Shown here piece after piece: positions 24,554 through 34,487 of a DNA stretch of 42,942 bases (its first letter is position 1; every line of letters starts with the position of its first letter). Below the pieces are notes generated by a model. The model ran no database searches and was not told the DNA's origin. It worked only from the letters and a program-made list of their open reading frames with translations. The stretch spans positions 1-42,942 of the forward strand of contig CALGLS010000047.1 in NCBI GenBank assembly GCA_937959375.1. Direction: 5' to 3'. The translations under genes and the position numbers were made by a program. The stretch comes from an uncultured Saprospiraceae bacterium (GTDB lineage: Bacteria > Bacteroidota > Bacteroidia > Chitinophagales > Saprospiraceae).

Positions 24554-26017
24554 TTAGGCTTCTACCCCAGACCAAAGCATGTATTTCAATTCCAAATAAT
24601 CGTCCATTCCATATTTAGAACCTTCTCGTCCCATACCACTTTCTTTTACTCCACCAAATGGTGCAACAGTTGTAGAAACGGTATATGAGTTAATTCCGAC
24701 CATTCCATATTCTAGTGCCTCCGCAACTCGCCAAAGTCGCGCATAATCTCTTCCATAAAAATAAGCAGCGAGTCCGTAAGGAGTGTCGTTGGCTAGGGCC
24801 AAAACTTCTTCTTCTGTTTTGAATTTATAGATGGGAGCAACTGGTCCAAATATTTCAGTGCGGAATACCTTCATTTCAGGATTCGCATTTCCTAAAATCG
24901 TAGGTTGATAAATTAGTGAATTTGATCCACCTTCTCGTTGACCACCGCATAATACATTTGCACCTTTTGCAATAGCATCCTCAACTAATTCCTCAACAGA
25001 GGCTACTGCTTTTTCTTCTATCATTGGACCAACAATGGTTCCGCGTTCTAAGCCATTTCCCGTTTTTTGTGCCTTAGCTGCTTCGGTAAACTTTTGAATA
25101 AATTCATCGTAAATTCCCTCTTGTACAAAAATCCGATTGGTGCATACACAGGTTTGTCCAGCGTTCCGATACTTAGAAGCAATCGCCCCTATAACTGCTT
25201 TATCAATATCCGCATCATCAAAAACAATGAAGGGTGCATTCCCGCCAAGTTCCATGGACACTCTTTTGACTGTATTTGCGCATTGCTTTAACAATAGCTT
25301 TCCGACCGCCGTCGAACCTGTAAATGATATTTTCCGAACGGTAGGATTTGAAGTCAACTCCCCTCCTACAGTTGCCGCATGATTGGTTGGCAATACGTTG
25401 AATACCCCAGGAGGAATTCCGGCTTCAACCGCCAATACTGCAAGTGCCATTGCAGACAGTGGTGTCAATTCTGATGGCTTGATGACAACCGTACAACCTG
25501 CGGCTAAGGCAGGTGCTACTTTTCTAGTGATCATAGCGCTTGGAAAATTCCATGGGGTAATGGCCCCTACGACTCCAATTGGTTGCTTAATTACTAGGAT
25601 GCGTTTATCCTTTTGATGTCCAGGTATGACATCACCATAGGCACGACGCGCTTCTTCTGCAAACCATTCAACGAAGGAAGCCCCATAACGGATTTCTCCA
25701 ACGGCCTCCCCCATTGGTTTTCCCTGCTCAATCGTGATAAGCTGAGCTAGATCTTTTTGATGCTCCAACTGTAGTTCATACCAGCGACGTAGGATTTTAC
25801 CTCTTTTTGTGGCCGTGTATGTTTTCCAGATTTTGAAAGCATCTGCTGCTTTGGCTATCGCGAGTCTTGTTTCATCTACTCCACAGTCTGCTACCTGCGC
25901 GATTTCTTCACCTGAATATGGATTGAATACTGGGAAGGTATTTTTAGATTTTGCTTCCACAAATTCGCCGTTGATAAAGGCTTTTTGCTGGAAGAGGTCT
26001 GTTCTAACTAGGTTCAT
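24554..26017 (-). CDS. gabD: NAD(P)+-dependent succinate-semialdehyde dehydrogenase-like aldehyde dehydrogenase
   Basis: ALDH superfamily with catalytic motifs ELGGNAPFIVFDDADIDKAV and NAGQTCVCTNRIFV, plus FGPVAPIYKFKTEEEVLALANDTPYGLAAYFY. Closest by eye to GabD/SSADH-type enzymes. Confidence 0.8.
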   Translation of the reverse strand: MNLVRTDLFQQKAFINGEFVEAKSKNTFPVFNPYSGEEIAQVADCGVDETRLAIAKAADAFKIWKTYTATKRGKILRRWYELQLEHQKDLAQLITIEQGKPMGEAVGEIRYGASFVEWFAEEARRAYGDVIPGHQKDKRILVIKQPIGVVGAITPWNFPSAMITRKVAPALAAGCTVVIKPSELTPLSAMALAVLAVEAGIPPGVFNVLPTNHAATVGGELTSNPTVRKISFTGSTAVGKLLLKQCANTVKRVSMELGGNAPFIVFDDADIDKAVIGAIASKYRNAGQTCVCTNRIFVQEGIYDEFIQKFTEAAKAQKTGNGLERGTIVGPMIEEKAVASVEELVEDAIAKGANVLCGGQREGGSNSLIYQPTILGNANPEMKVFRTEIFGPVAPIYKFKTEEEVLALANDTPYGLAAYFYGRDYARLWRVAEALEYGMVGINSYTVSTTVAPFGGVKESGMGREGSKYGMDDYLELKYMLWSGVEA

Positions 26018-26211
26018 ATTTTATAATTCTTGGGATGCTATCCAAGTTAAGTAGTTTAACAAATGTTGGTTCTTCTTGGTTCAAACAAAATACGGGAATT
26101 GGCTGCTTGAACACCTTAACCCTAAGTAAGCTTAAATCTGGCTCAAAAATAGCTAATACTACAGTAAATTTTATCCCTCTTTCATAACTAAAGAAATAAA
26201 TCTTCGTTATT

Positions 26212-27855
26212 ATGACTAAATCACATCTAACTAAATTACCGAATATGACTAAAGCTGAAAAAAGCAAGCTACGTGCTGATTTGTTCCGACATTTGGATGG
26301 TATTGTTACTGCGCCAACGGCCTATACTTTACACGAAAGTGGCGTATTGGATTTTATTTTGAAAAATGAAGAAGTAACATTAACGAGTCTAACAGAAGAG
26401 TTTAAAGCCAATGAAGGTTACTTGAATGTTGGTTTGAGGGTACTTGCTTCACAGGGATGGTTGGAATACGATATCGAAGATGGTGATCAAATTTTGGTGC
26501 AAACCAATGAAAAAAGTAAGATTGCCTTTGACATGATTCCCATGTATAAGGATGTGGTAGACTTAATGATTTTATCGGAGAAATATCATCAACGAAAATT
26601 TGAAAAAGAGCCTTTTCAGGCATTGGAGAAGATATTTGAAAAGTATAGTCAAAACTATGGTATCAGCTTTTCGGAAGATGCTATGGTTCGCGAAATTCAA
26701 GAACAGGTATTGAAGCATATTGAAGGACACATTGTGGGACCAACGTTAGTCGCGTTGGGAATGGGTGGCATGTTTCACAAGTACTTTATGGAGGCTTCGT
26801 TTATGCCAGAGGAATTTCATAAGGATGGTGAAAGCTTTAGTCGACTGTTGGACTTTTTCGTTTTTATGGGATGGTTTAACAAAAAGAATGGTACTTATAG
26901 TTTTACAGAAAAAGGATTTTTCTTTGCGCGACGTGCCAGTGCCTATGGGGTGACTGTTTCGTATATTCCTGCGTTTAGAAAAATGAAAGACTTGATGTTT
27001 GGAAAACCAGATCTCTTTTGGAATCAGCCAGCGGGATCAAAAGAGATTCACGTCGACCGAGCAATGAATGTTTGGGGATCTGGTGGTGCACATTCTAGCT
27101 ATTTCAAAGTCATTGACGAAATTATAATTGACTTGTTTAATAAACCTATTGAAGAACAACCAAAAGGAATTTTGGATATGGGTTGTGGTAACGGTGCATT
27201 TTTGATTCACTTATTTGATGTGATTGAGAGTCGTACCAAACGAGGCGAAATGCTGGAAGAGCATCCTCTATTTTTAGTTGGTGCGGATTATAATAAAGCG
27301 GCCTTGAAAGTAACTCGTGCGAATATCATCCAAGCAGACATTTGGGCAAAAGTTATTTTCGGCGACATTGGCCGTCCTGATCTTTTAGCGGATGACTTAG
27401 AAGAAAACTATGGTATCCAACTGGGTGATTTACTCAACGTACGAACCTTCTTGGATCACAACAGAATCTACAACGATGCAAAGGCTAAAACACCCAATCG
27501 AAAAAGTGAGTCAACAGGTGCTTATGCCTTTCGTGGCAAACGAATCAGCAACGCCGATGTTGAAGATAGCTTGAAAGAGCATTTGCAAAACTGGGCTCCT
27601 TATGTTGAAAAATTTGGTTTGCTAGTCATCGAATTACATACCATCTCTCCAAAGCATACTTGCAAAAACTTGGGTCGAACGGCAGCCACTGCTTATGATG
27701 CAACCCATGGTTTTTCAGATCAGTACATCGTTGAGATTGAGGTGTTTAATAAAATGGCGAAGGAAGCTGGTTTGCATCCAGTGGAGAAACATTTTAGACG
27801 CTTTCCTAATTCGGAATTGGGGACGGTTAGTATTAATTTGTTGCGGGCGAAGTAG
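26212..27855 (+). CDS. large class I SAM-dependent methyltransferase (547 aa) with an N-terminal winged-helix/dimerisation-like domain
   Basis: Motif I ILDMGCGNGAF, followed by LVGADYN (acidic post-I residue). The N-terminal segment LFRHLDGIVTAPTAYTLHESGVLDFI...LRVLASQGWLE resembles the dimerisation/wHTH domain of small-molecule O-methyltransferases. An alternative start exists at Met12. Substrate unknown. Confidence 0.65.
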   Translation: MTKSHLTKLPNMTKAEKSKLRADLFRHLDGIVTAPTAYTLHESGVLDFILKNEEVTLTSLTEEFKANEGYLNVGLRVLASQGWLEYDIEDGDQILVQTNEKSKIAFDMIPMYKDVVDLMILSEKYHQRKFEKEPFQALEKIFEKYSQNYGISFSEDAMVREIQEQVLKHIEGHIVGPTLVALGMGGMFHKYFMEASFMPEEFHKDGESFSRLLDFFVFMGWFNKKNGTYSFTEKGFFFARRASAYGVTVSYIPAFRKMKDLMFGKPDLFWNQPAGSKEIHVDRAMNVWGSGGAHSSYFKVIDEIIIDLFNKPIEEQPKGILDMGCGNGAFLIHLFDVIESRTKRGEMLEEHPLFLVGADYNKAALKVTRANIIQADIWAKVIFGDIGRPDLLADDLEENYGIQLGDLLNVRTFLDHNRIYNDAKAKTPNRKSESTGAYAFRGKRISNADVEDSLKEHLQNWAPYVEKFGLLVIELHTISPKHTCKNLGRTAATAYDATHGFSDQYIVEIEVFNKMAKEAGLHPVEKHFRRFPNSELGTVSINLLRAK

Positions 27856-27895
27856 CACACATCTAGTTCTAAAGAACTAAACTAGTGTTTGAAAA

Positions 27896-27930
27896 AGAGC
27901 AGCTTCTTAATTAGAGGTTGCTCTTTTTTA
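27896..27930 (+). terminator. rho-independent terminator
   Basis: Stem agagcagc (27896..27903) / gttgctct (27917..27924, one G-U pair), followed by ttttt. Lies 41 bp after the stop at 27855. Confidence 0.65.
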
Positions 27931-28100
27931 TTTCTCCAAACACATCATTTAAATTAAGAACCTGACCATTGACTTATAAAGGTTTTGGTACTAATACACA
28001 ATAAGTTATCTTAGTCTTGAGTCATCTTATTAGAAAGACCGCCAAACAGAAGTAGTGCAAAGTCAGCTTCACTTAAACAACTGTTAAACAAAGACTTACG

Positions 28101-31100
28101 ATGAAACTTATTTTTACTTACTTTCTATTCTTCTTTCCCTTTTTCCTGATGGGACAAACCGTGCTCATCCCTCATCAACAAGATAGTCTTTGGGGTTATG
28201 TTGACCTAAACAGCGATCAACTGATAGTCCCTTACCAATATGAGGTCGCGGAGGAACACGATCCATATGGTTATGCGATGGTTCAAAAAAATGGCTATTG
28301 GGGGATCCTGAATGCAGATGGAATAGAAGTGTTGGAAACCAAATACGATAGTTTGGCTTGGCAAGGGAATACTCATTACAACATTTATAAAGCGCCATAT
28401 TTAATAAATCAATTGAATGGTTCTTTTGGAATTATGGATCTTGAATTTAATGCAATTATTCCAAATGAATACGAAGCAATAAGTTTTTTCCATGGGACTT
28501 TTTTCAAAAAAAATCCAAAAGAAGATTACACCAAATCTGAAAGACGATCTATTCCTAGATATTTCAGAGTAAAAAAGAATGACAAGGTAGGTTTAGTTGA
28601 CGAACAACATCAACTTATAGTTCCATTCGAGTATAGTGACATCAAATCAGTTGTTCATTATAAAGTTGATTATGATTATGATTCTGAGAAGAACCCTTAT
28701 CAGATTCTCAGTAATATGCACAATGATCCACTATACGATATTAGCTTAATCTCTAAGCAAATTTTCTTTTCAGAAAAGGATAGTTTAAACCAACTGATCA
28801 CAGTCGGCGGTAAGGCACTTACTCCAATTGGAAATTATAAGCACCCTATTATCTTCACTTATATTTCTTCAGACAAAGAAGAAGATGAGATGATTTTAAT
28901 CAGTAAGGATAAAAAAAGAGGCATGATCTCTATGGAAGGAGATATCTTGATTCCTTTTGAATATCTTCAAATCGAACAATTGACTGGACCTTATTTTAAA
29001 CTTACAAAAAGTCATACAGGAAATGAAAGCCAAATCCACGACTATGGCATTGCGAACATCCAAGGACAAATCCTCCAAGCCGCTATCTATGCACATCTTA
29101 ATGGTCAACTGGCTCACAAGCATGGTAAATCTGGAATATTTACTAAAGACTTTAAAAAATTTCTAGTTGAACCACAATATGATTACATCTCATCTATTCG
29201 AAAAAATCATACAAAAGTGATCGTTCATCAAAATGGAAAAAGAGGAATACTAGACATTGAAAAAGGAATGGTGATTCCTGTTGAATACGATTATCTAAAG
29301 GAAGTATATAAGCTAAATTACATCGCTAAGCGAGATGACAAATTTGGAATTATTGACTCCAACAATAATATAATTCTTCCGATCGAGTACAAATACATTT
29401 CTCTTATACCGAGGAGTCATAACACTTTCATTGTACAAAAAGACAAAAAATATGACCTCTGGTTTTCTCGCGACAAGGAGTGGCTAACTACGGTTCAATA
29501 CGATTCTATTTACACGACAGACTTTAGTAAAATACACGTCCAACTCAATGGTAAATGGGGGAAGATAAATAGCGCTAACAAAATCTTAATTCCAATAGAG
29601 TATGATGAAATTAGTTTAACAAACCAAGTACGAAAAGGCGACAAATGGGGGCTCTACGATAGAAGCAATAAACTTCTTTTAGAACCTATTTATGATGAAA
29701 TAAAAAATGAACATTATGCACGAATAGGCTCAGAATGGCTACTAATAACTGAAACTAAGAACTGGCCGCTCTCTGAAAAGTACGACAAGATACAAAGCTA
29801 TTCTAATCGATATTACACCGAAAAAAATAAAAAGAAAGGCTTGATTATAATCAAGGACTCGTCACTTTACTCCATCCCTGCAGTGTACGAACAAGTCAGT
29901 CCTAGTCAGTCATCGGATTTGGTGCGGGTAAAAAAAGCAGGAAAATGGGGACTAATAGATATGAATAAAACCATCATCCCAATCATATATGATCGTATAG
30001 AACAATTAGGAAATGATAGATGGAAGGTTTATGATGGAAAACAATGGGCCTTTTATGAACTAAATGGCAAACAAATTTTACCTTTTATTTTTAGTGACAT
30101 TAAAAGGAATCCTCACGATGGAAACTACGTCATAGATGGAATAAAAACACTCTACCTTGTCAAACAAGGAAACCGAGTTGGTGCAATTTCCAAAGATGGC
30201 GAATGGATATTCCCTTGTAAATATCAAAACATTGTGCTCAGTTTTCACAATAGTAATCAAATCAAAAATCCTCCTCTATTCCCTGTTCAACAAAAAAGAA
30301 AATGGGGATACATCAGACAAAACGGTGAAATAGTTTTGCCTTTTCAATACAGCTCTGTAGGACCTTTCTATGACAATATTGCGATCGCTTCTAAAGGAAA
30401 TGGCTTTTTTCTAATTAACGATTCAGGTGACCGAATTACTAAAAACACTTATAAATACATCGTTCCACTTCAAGGCTATTATTCACTAATTAACGTACAA
30501 AATGAAGCAGGACTTCATGGTGCCCTCAACAAAAAAGGTGAGGAAGTTATCCCACCAATTTACGACAAGGCTCTTTTCCCTATCTGCCAACATTTTTATA
30601 AAATTGTTAAAAATGGCTTAAATGGCATCGTTCACTCATCGGGAAAAATAATCATGGAGTGTAAAGAAAATACTAGACCTAAATATCCAAGTCGTCAAGT
30701 TTTTCTAAAAAGTACTCAAGTAGATAACAAATTGTATAAAAATTATTCTCTCATCAAAAAAGACAATCATTTTGGTGTTAAAAACATAAAAACAAATACA
30801 TTGGTTATCCCCTATGAATACAAAAAAATAAGTATTTCGTATGGCAAAAAACCAATCGCTTACCTTTATGCTACCAAAGATGGTTTTAGTGGAGTTATCG
30901 ACTCTACTGGCAAAATCATTATCCCTTTTGAATATGATCAAGTTTCAATTAATCAAAAGATGGATCGCATCAGTTGCAAGAAAAAAAGCAATTACAAAAT
31001 CTTCAATCTGAAGGGACAATTCATTGCAGAGCATGCCCTTGACCATTTTAATCACAATGGAGATGGCCCCTACCGTGCTTCAAAAAATGGAAAGTGGGGG

Positions 31101-31943
31101 TTTGTTGACCTTGATGGTAATATGGTCATTCCTTTTCAATTTGATGAAGTTAAATATTTTCGAAAAGTTTATTCCACTGGTGAGGAGTTTTTCGAATGTC
31201 CTATGCTTGCCAAAAATAATCCACTACCAATTGACACGATTAAAGTAGCAACAGTAAAGGTTGGTGAGATCAAAAAATACATCAATCAAAAAGGAGCATT
31301 TATAAAACCCAGCCCTGCAAATATGAATCGTATTTACATTAACTCAGAACTCATTGGAGTACGTCAAGATTCTACAAAAAAATATGGGATAGTAGATACC
31401 GCCGGTAACATCGTTTTGCCTTTTGAATACAAAGATTTATACTATGATAGTGGTCATTATGTTTACCTATACAAGGATGATCAAGATGCCTATTTTTACA
31501 TTGCCAACAAGACAGTATCTCCCTTGTATGAAGAAGTCGAAGACGAAGGTGAAACTTATAATACTCAGTGGGTTTCAGATGGTACCTATTATGGTTTTGT
31601 AAATAAATTTGGAGAAGCGATTACTCCCATGCATTTTGATTTTGTCCGTCGGACAGGTGACGGCCTAGTCGCTGTAAGTAAAGGAGGCCTAGTTGGTTTT
31701 TTGAACGACGATATCGACAAAGAAGTTATCCCCTTTATTTTTGATGCAATTCCTTGTTCTTATGGTAGTTACCAATTTAAACAAGGAAATGCCTTGGCTT
31801 TAAAAAATAACAAATACGGGATCATAAATACAAAAGGGGAAGCTATAATTCCATTTGAATACGATGCGATTAAAGAGTACGATCATTATCGTGCTCTAGG
31901 ATTAAAAAATGGGGAGTGGAAGGAGATTGTGATTAATAAATAA
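28101..31943 (+). CDS. WG-repeat (WG_beta_rep) containing protein, 1280 aa, secreted
   Basis: Signal peptide MKLIFTYFLFFFPFFLMGQ. About 25-30 degenerate repeats of about 40 aa, each centred on [GK]KWG[LFIY][IV][DN] followed by IPxxYD (GKWGLID, DKWGLYD, GKWGKIN, RKWGYIR, GKWGFVD, KKYGIVD, NKYGIIN ...). Confidence 0.8.
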   Translation: MKLIFTYFLFFFPFFLMGQTVLIPHQQDSLWGYVDLNSDQLIVPYQYEVAEEHDPYGYAMVQKNGYWGILNADGIEVLETKYDSLAWQGNTHYNIYKAPYLINQLNGSFGIMDLEFNAIIPNEYEAISFFHGTFFKKNPKEDYTKSERRSIPRYFRVKKNDKVGLVDEQHQLIVPFEYSDIKSVVHYKVDYDYDSEKNPYQILSNMHNDPLYDISLISKQIFFSEKDSLNQLITVGGKALTPIGNYKHPIIFTYISSDKEEDEMILISKDKKRGMISMEGDILIPFEYLQIEQLTGPYFKLTKSHTGNESQIHDYGIANIQGQILQAAIYAHLNGQLAHKHGKSGIFTKDFKKFLVEPQYDYISSIRKNHTKVIVHQNGKRGILDIEKGMVIPVEYDYLKEVYKLNYIAKRDDKFGIIDSNNNIILPIEYKYISLIPRSHNTFIVQKDKKYDLWFSRDKEWLTTVQYDSIYTTDFSKIHVQLNGKWGKINSANKILIPIEYDEISLTNQVRKGDKWGLYDRSNKLLLEPIYDEIKNEHYARIGSEWLLITETKNWPLSEKYDKIQSYSNRYYTEKNKKKGLIIIKDSSLYSIPAVYEQVSPSQSSDLVRVKKAGKWGLIDMNKTIIPIIYDRIEQLGNDRWKVYDGKQWAFYELNGKQILPFIFSDIKRNPHDGNYVIDGIKTLYLVKQGNRVGAISKDGEWIFPCKYQNIVLSFHNSNQIKNPPLFPVQQKRKWGYIRQNGEIVLPFQYSSVGPFYDNIAIASKGNGFFLINDSGDRITKNTYKYIVPLQGYYSLINVQNEAGLHGALNKKGEEVIPPIYDKALFPICQHFYKIVKNGLNGIVHSSGKIIMECKENTRPKYPSRQVFLKSTQVDNKLYKNYSLIKKDNHFGVKNIKTNTLVIPYEYKKISISYGKKPIAYLYATKDGFSGVIDSTGKIIIPFEYDQVSINQKMDRISCKKKSNYKIFNLKGQFIAEHALDHFNHNGDGPYRASKNGKWGFVDLDGNMVIPFQFDEVKYFRKVYSTGEEFFECPMLAKNNPLPIDTIKVATVKVGEIKKYINQKGAFIKPSPANMNRIYINSELIGVRQDSTKKYGIVDTAGNIVLPFEYKDLYYDSGHYVYLYKDDQDAYFYIANKTVSPLYEEVEDEGETYNTQWVSDGTYYGFVNKFGEAITPMHFDFVRRTGDGLVAVSKGGLVGFLNDDIDKEVIPFIFDAIPCSYGSYQFKQGNALALKNNKYGIINTKGEAIIPFEYDAIKEYDHYRALGLKNGEWKEIVINK

Positions 31944-31970
31944 TCAATTTCATAAAAAATACCTCCAATT

Positions 31971-32010
31971 AAAAAAAGCGGAAAGAAAAAAATTTTCTTT
32001 CCGCTTTTTT
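31971..32010. terminator. bidirectional rho-independent terminator between convergent genes
   Basis: Perfect 12-bp stem gcggaaagaaaa (31978..31989) / ttttctttccgc (31993..32004). Flanked by an A-run on the left and tttttt on the right, so it can work on both strands. Confidence 0.8.
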
Positions 32011-32025
32011 CAATTAAGAAGTTTT

Positions 32026-33240
32026 CTAGTAAGACAAATTAAATTCAACCCGTCGATTAGCTTTTCGACCAGCTGCTGTATTGTTATCTGCTACAGGTTT
32101 AGCTTCACCAAAACCATTTGAAGAAAGACGACTAGCATCAATCCCTTTGCTAGCAATATAGTTGAGACATGATTTGGCTCGCCCTTTTGACAGCTCTAAA
32201 TTGGCGGCATCATTCCCGATCGCATCGGTGTAACCTATCATTGATAGTTTGTAATCAGGATATTTTTTCAACAAACCAACCACATCATCAAGTAAACCTT
32301 TGGAGTACGGAGTCAGTGTGTTTTTGTTAGGTAAGAAAATAACCGACTTAAGCGCTTTGTCGAGGATCGCTTTTTCAGTTGCATCTATTTTGATTTCAGG
32401 GCAACCTGCATTTTCTTTAGTTCCTACTTTGTTTGGACATTTGTCATTTGTGTCATAAATACCATCGCCATCTGTATCGGCAGGGCAACCATTATTCGCT
32501 TTGACACCTTTGAGTTTTGGACATTTATCGTCTGCGTCGTAAACACCGTCGCCATCTGCATCAGGAGGACAGCCGTTACTTTCTTTCGTTCCTGCTAATT
32601 GAGGACATTTATCGTCTGCATCATATACACCGTCGCCATCGCTATCAGGAGGACAACCGTTATTGTCTTTTGTTCCTGCTAATTGAGGACAGTTGTCATC
32701 TGCATCAGAGACACCATCGCCATCGGCATCAGGAGGACAACCGTTATTTTCAACAGACCCTTTTTTGAATGGGCATTTGTCTTCTTTGTTTGGAATACCA
32801 TCACCATCTTGATCTGGTGGGCAACCTTGATCTTCGCCTGCCAATTGAGGACATAAATCATCTGCGTCATAAACACCGTCACCATCACTATCTAAAGGAC
32901 ACCCCTTATCTTCTGCCAGACCTGCTAGTTTAGGACATCTGTCGTCTGCGTCATATACACCGTCGCCATCCGTATCAACAGGACAGCCATTGTTTTCGGC
33001 AATACCTACTAATTCAGGACAAGCATCCTGATCGTCAGCAATACCGTCATTATCTTTATCTGAAATTGGTGAATCGATTACTTGTGAAGTAACAGGAGCA
33101 ACATAATCAGTAAGTGGATCACCACTTTTTTTGTAACCGAACTGCATGAAGATCCATCCGAAGAATGCAATGACAACTAATGCGATTAAAAAGTCATTGC
33201 GTTCTCTCTTGTTTTTGAAGCTTAATAGGTTGTTTGTCAT
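32026..33240 (-). CDS. OmpA-family protein with eight thrombospondin type-3-like Ca-binding repeats
   Basis: N-terminal TM anchor FLIALVVIAFFGWIFMQF. Eight copies of D-x-DGDG[VI]-x-D-x-D-x-CP-x-x-x-G-x-x-x-N-x-GCP. C-terminal OmpA_C signature (MIGYTDAIGNDAANLELSKGRAKSCLNYIASKGI...NRRVEFNL). Confidence 0.85.
   Translation of the reverse strand: MTNNLLSFKNKRERNDFLIALVVIAFFGWIFMQFGYKKSGDPLTDYVAPVTSQVIDSPISDKDNDGIADDQDACPELVGIAENNGCPVDTDGDGVYDADDRCPKLAGLAEDKGCPLDSDGDGVYDADDLCPQLAGEDQGCPPDQDGDGIPNKEDKCPFKKGSVENNGCPPDADGDGVSDADDNCPQLAGTKDNNGCPPDSDGDGVYDADDKCPQLAGTKESNGCPPDADGDGVYDADDKCPKLKGVKANNGCPADTDGDGIYDTNDKCPNKVGTKENAGCPEIKIDATEKAILDKALKSVIFLPNKNTLTPYSKGLLDDVVGLLKKYPDYKLSMIGYTDAIGNDAANLELSKGRAKSCLNYIASKGIDASRLSSNGFGEAKPVADNNTAAGRKANRRVEFNLSY
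32398..33060 (-). repeat. intragenic tandem repeats of about 87 nt (TSP3-like, 8 copies)
   Basis: Protein residues 61-281. Neighbouring copies around 32520..32700 are nearly identical at the DNA level (ggacatttatcgtctgc.tc.ta.acaccgtcgccatc...caggaggaca.ccgtta). Confidence 0.8.
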
Positions 33241-33558
33241 AGTCGTTTTGTTTATACAATTTCTCGTAGGTTGATGTGCTACGTTTTGTGTGTGATTTGT
33301 TAAAAACTAGTTTTAACTGTGCGTATATTGACTTAGACGTAAATTTTTAAATTTGTAACGGTTTTTATAAGCATAAATCCCTTGTAAATAAGGAATTATG
33401 ACACTTTTATTAGTTTGTCTCTTTAAGATCACCTCTAGCAGAAGAGATGGTGCAGTCCATAAACTGAGACAAATGGATTCGATTGAAAAGTCGATTCAGC
33501 TAGGTAATTTTTACGTTTTACACTTGTATCTTGATAGCCTGTCTGCTCCAAGTTTTAC

Positions 33559-34365
33559 TCAGTCAAACCGAGCCGCTCGCTTCTCCACCACCGCCATCAC
33601 CGCCTCCATTTGATTCTTCTTTCCAATCACTGCAGACTGTTCTTCCGATTCCAAAAGCAAGCCATCTGCCTCATTTAAATAAGGAGCCTGATTAAAAAGG
33701 TTTTTAGCTTTAGATACAGCAGTTGGATTTTTTGAGGCAATCTCTTCTGCCAATTTTAGTGCATCTTCGTAAGGAGTTGTCGACAGATGCGTTGCAAAAC
33801 CGTAGCGCACTGCATCCTCTCCCGAAAAAATTCGATGTGTATAAGTAAGCTCTCTAATAATATCATCTCGTACAGAATGCCGCCACAATTGTGAACCAGC
33901 CATGTCCGGAATTAATCCGTATTTGAATTCCATAATCGCAAGTTTGGTATCTGGAGTCACAAATTTAATATCAGCTCCCGACATGATCGCCAATCCTCCA
34001 CCTATGGCAGCACCATGTACGGCGGCGATGACTGGTACTGGTAGTTCTCGCCAAATCCAAGCGACTTTTTGAAAAATGTTGGCGACACCATGCGTTCGTT
34101 TCATCAAGGGGTTTGCAAAAATACCTGTCCCTGCTTTCGCACTAAAATTGGTGGTATCCATTCCTGCACAAAATGCTTTTCCTTCTCCCACCAGTACTAC
34201 ACATCTTAGCGATGGATTTGTCCGGATGGATTCTCCAGCTTCGATGATGGCATGAAACATGGGCTCGTCCAGCGCATTCATTTTTTCTGGCCGATTTAAT
34301 TTTACAGTTGCTACGTGATTGTTGATGGTGATGTTTATTCTATTATTCATTTTTATTTTTTTCAC
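33559..34365 (-). CDS. enoyl-CoA hydratase/isomerase (crotonase) family protein
   Basis: ITINNHVATVKLNRPEKMNALD opening, FCAGMD oxyanion-hole motif, and AAVHGAAIGGGLAIMSGADI. All are typical of the crotonase fold. Confidence 0.85.
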   Translation of the reverse strand: MKKIKMNNRINITINNHVATVKLNRPEKMNALDEPMFHAIIEAGESIRTNPSLRCVVLVGEGKAFCAGMDTTNFSAKAGTGIFANPLMKRTHGVANIFQKVAWIWRELPVPVIAAVHGAAIGGGLAIMSGADIKFVTPDTKLAIMEFKYGLIPDMAGSQLWRHSVRDDIIRELTYTHRIFSGEDAVRYGFATHLSTTPYEDALKLAEEIASKNPTAVSKAKNLFNQAPYLNEADGLLLESEEQSAVIGKKNQMEAVMAVVEKRAARFD

Positions 34366-34487
34366 TGGAGACAGTCCCCCCTGATTAATGGTAAATCTCT
34401 TTTAGGAATTTCTGAATTTTATTTATTTGGGGACGTGTAGCCCCTCTTGATCGCAACTATTTTCTGCAGGAGAGGCATGACTGGTCA

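Noticed and set aside
25067-26267. Antisense ORFs within or next to the gabD-like gene (25067..25291, 25137..25382, 25383..25616, 25809..26054, 26004..26267)
   Set aside because: They are antisense to a CDS with canonical ALDH catalytic motifs, or they lie across the divergent promoter region. None has recognisable features.
32517-32888. ORFs 32517..32768 (+) and 32679..32888 (-) inside the TSP3-OmpA gene
   Set aside because: They are alternative-frame products of the 87-nt tandem repeat, with His/Arg-rich or Met/Val-rich periodic nonsense sequence. The annotated frame gives canonical TSP3 repeats and an OmpA_C domain.
33398-33613. 71-aa plus-strand ORF spanning the intergenic region and the 3' end of the crotonase gene
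   Set aside because: It overlaps the well-supported crotonase CDS in antisense and has no motifs. It is likely spurious.
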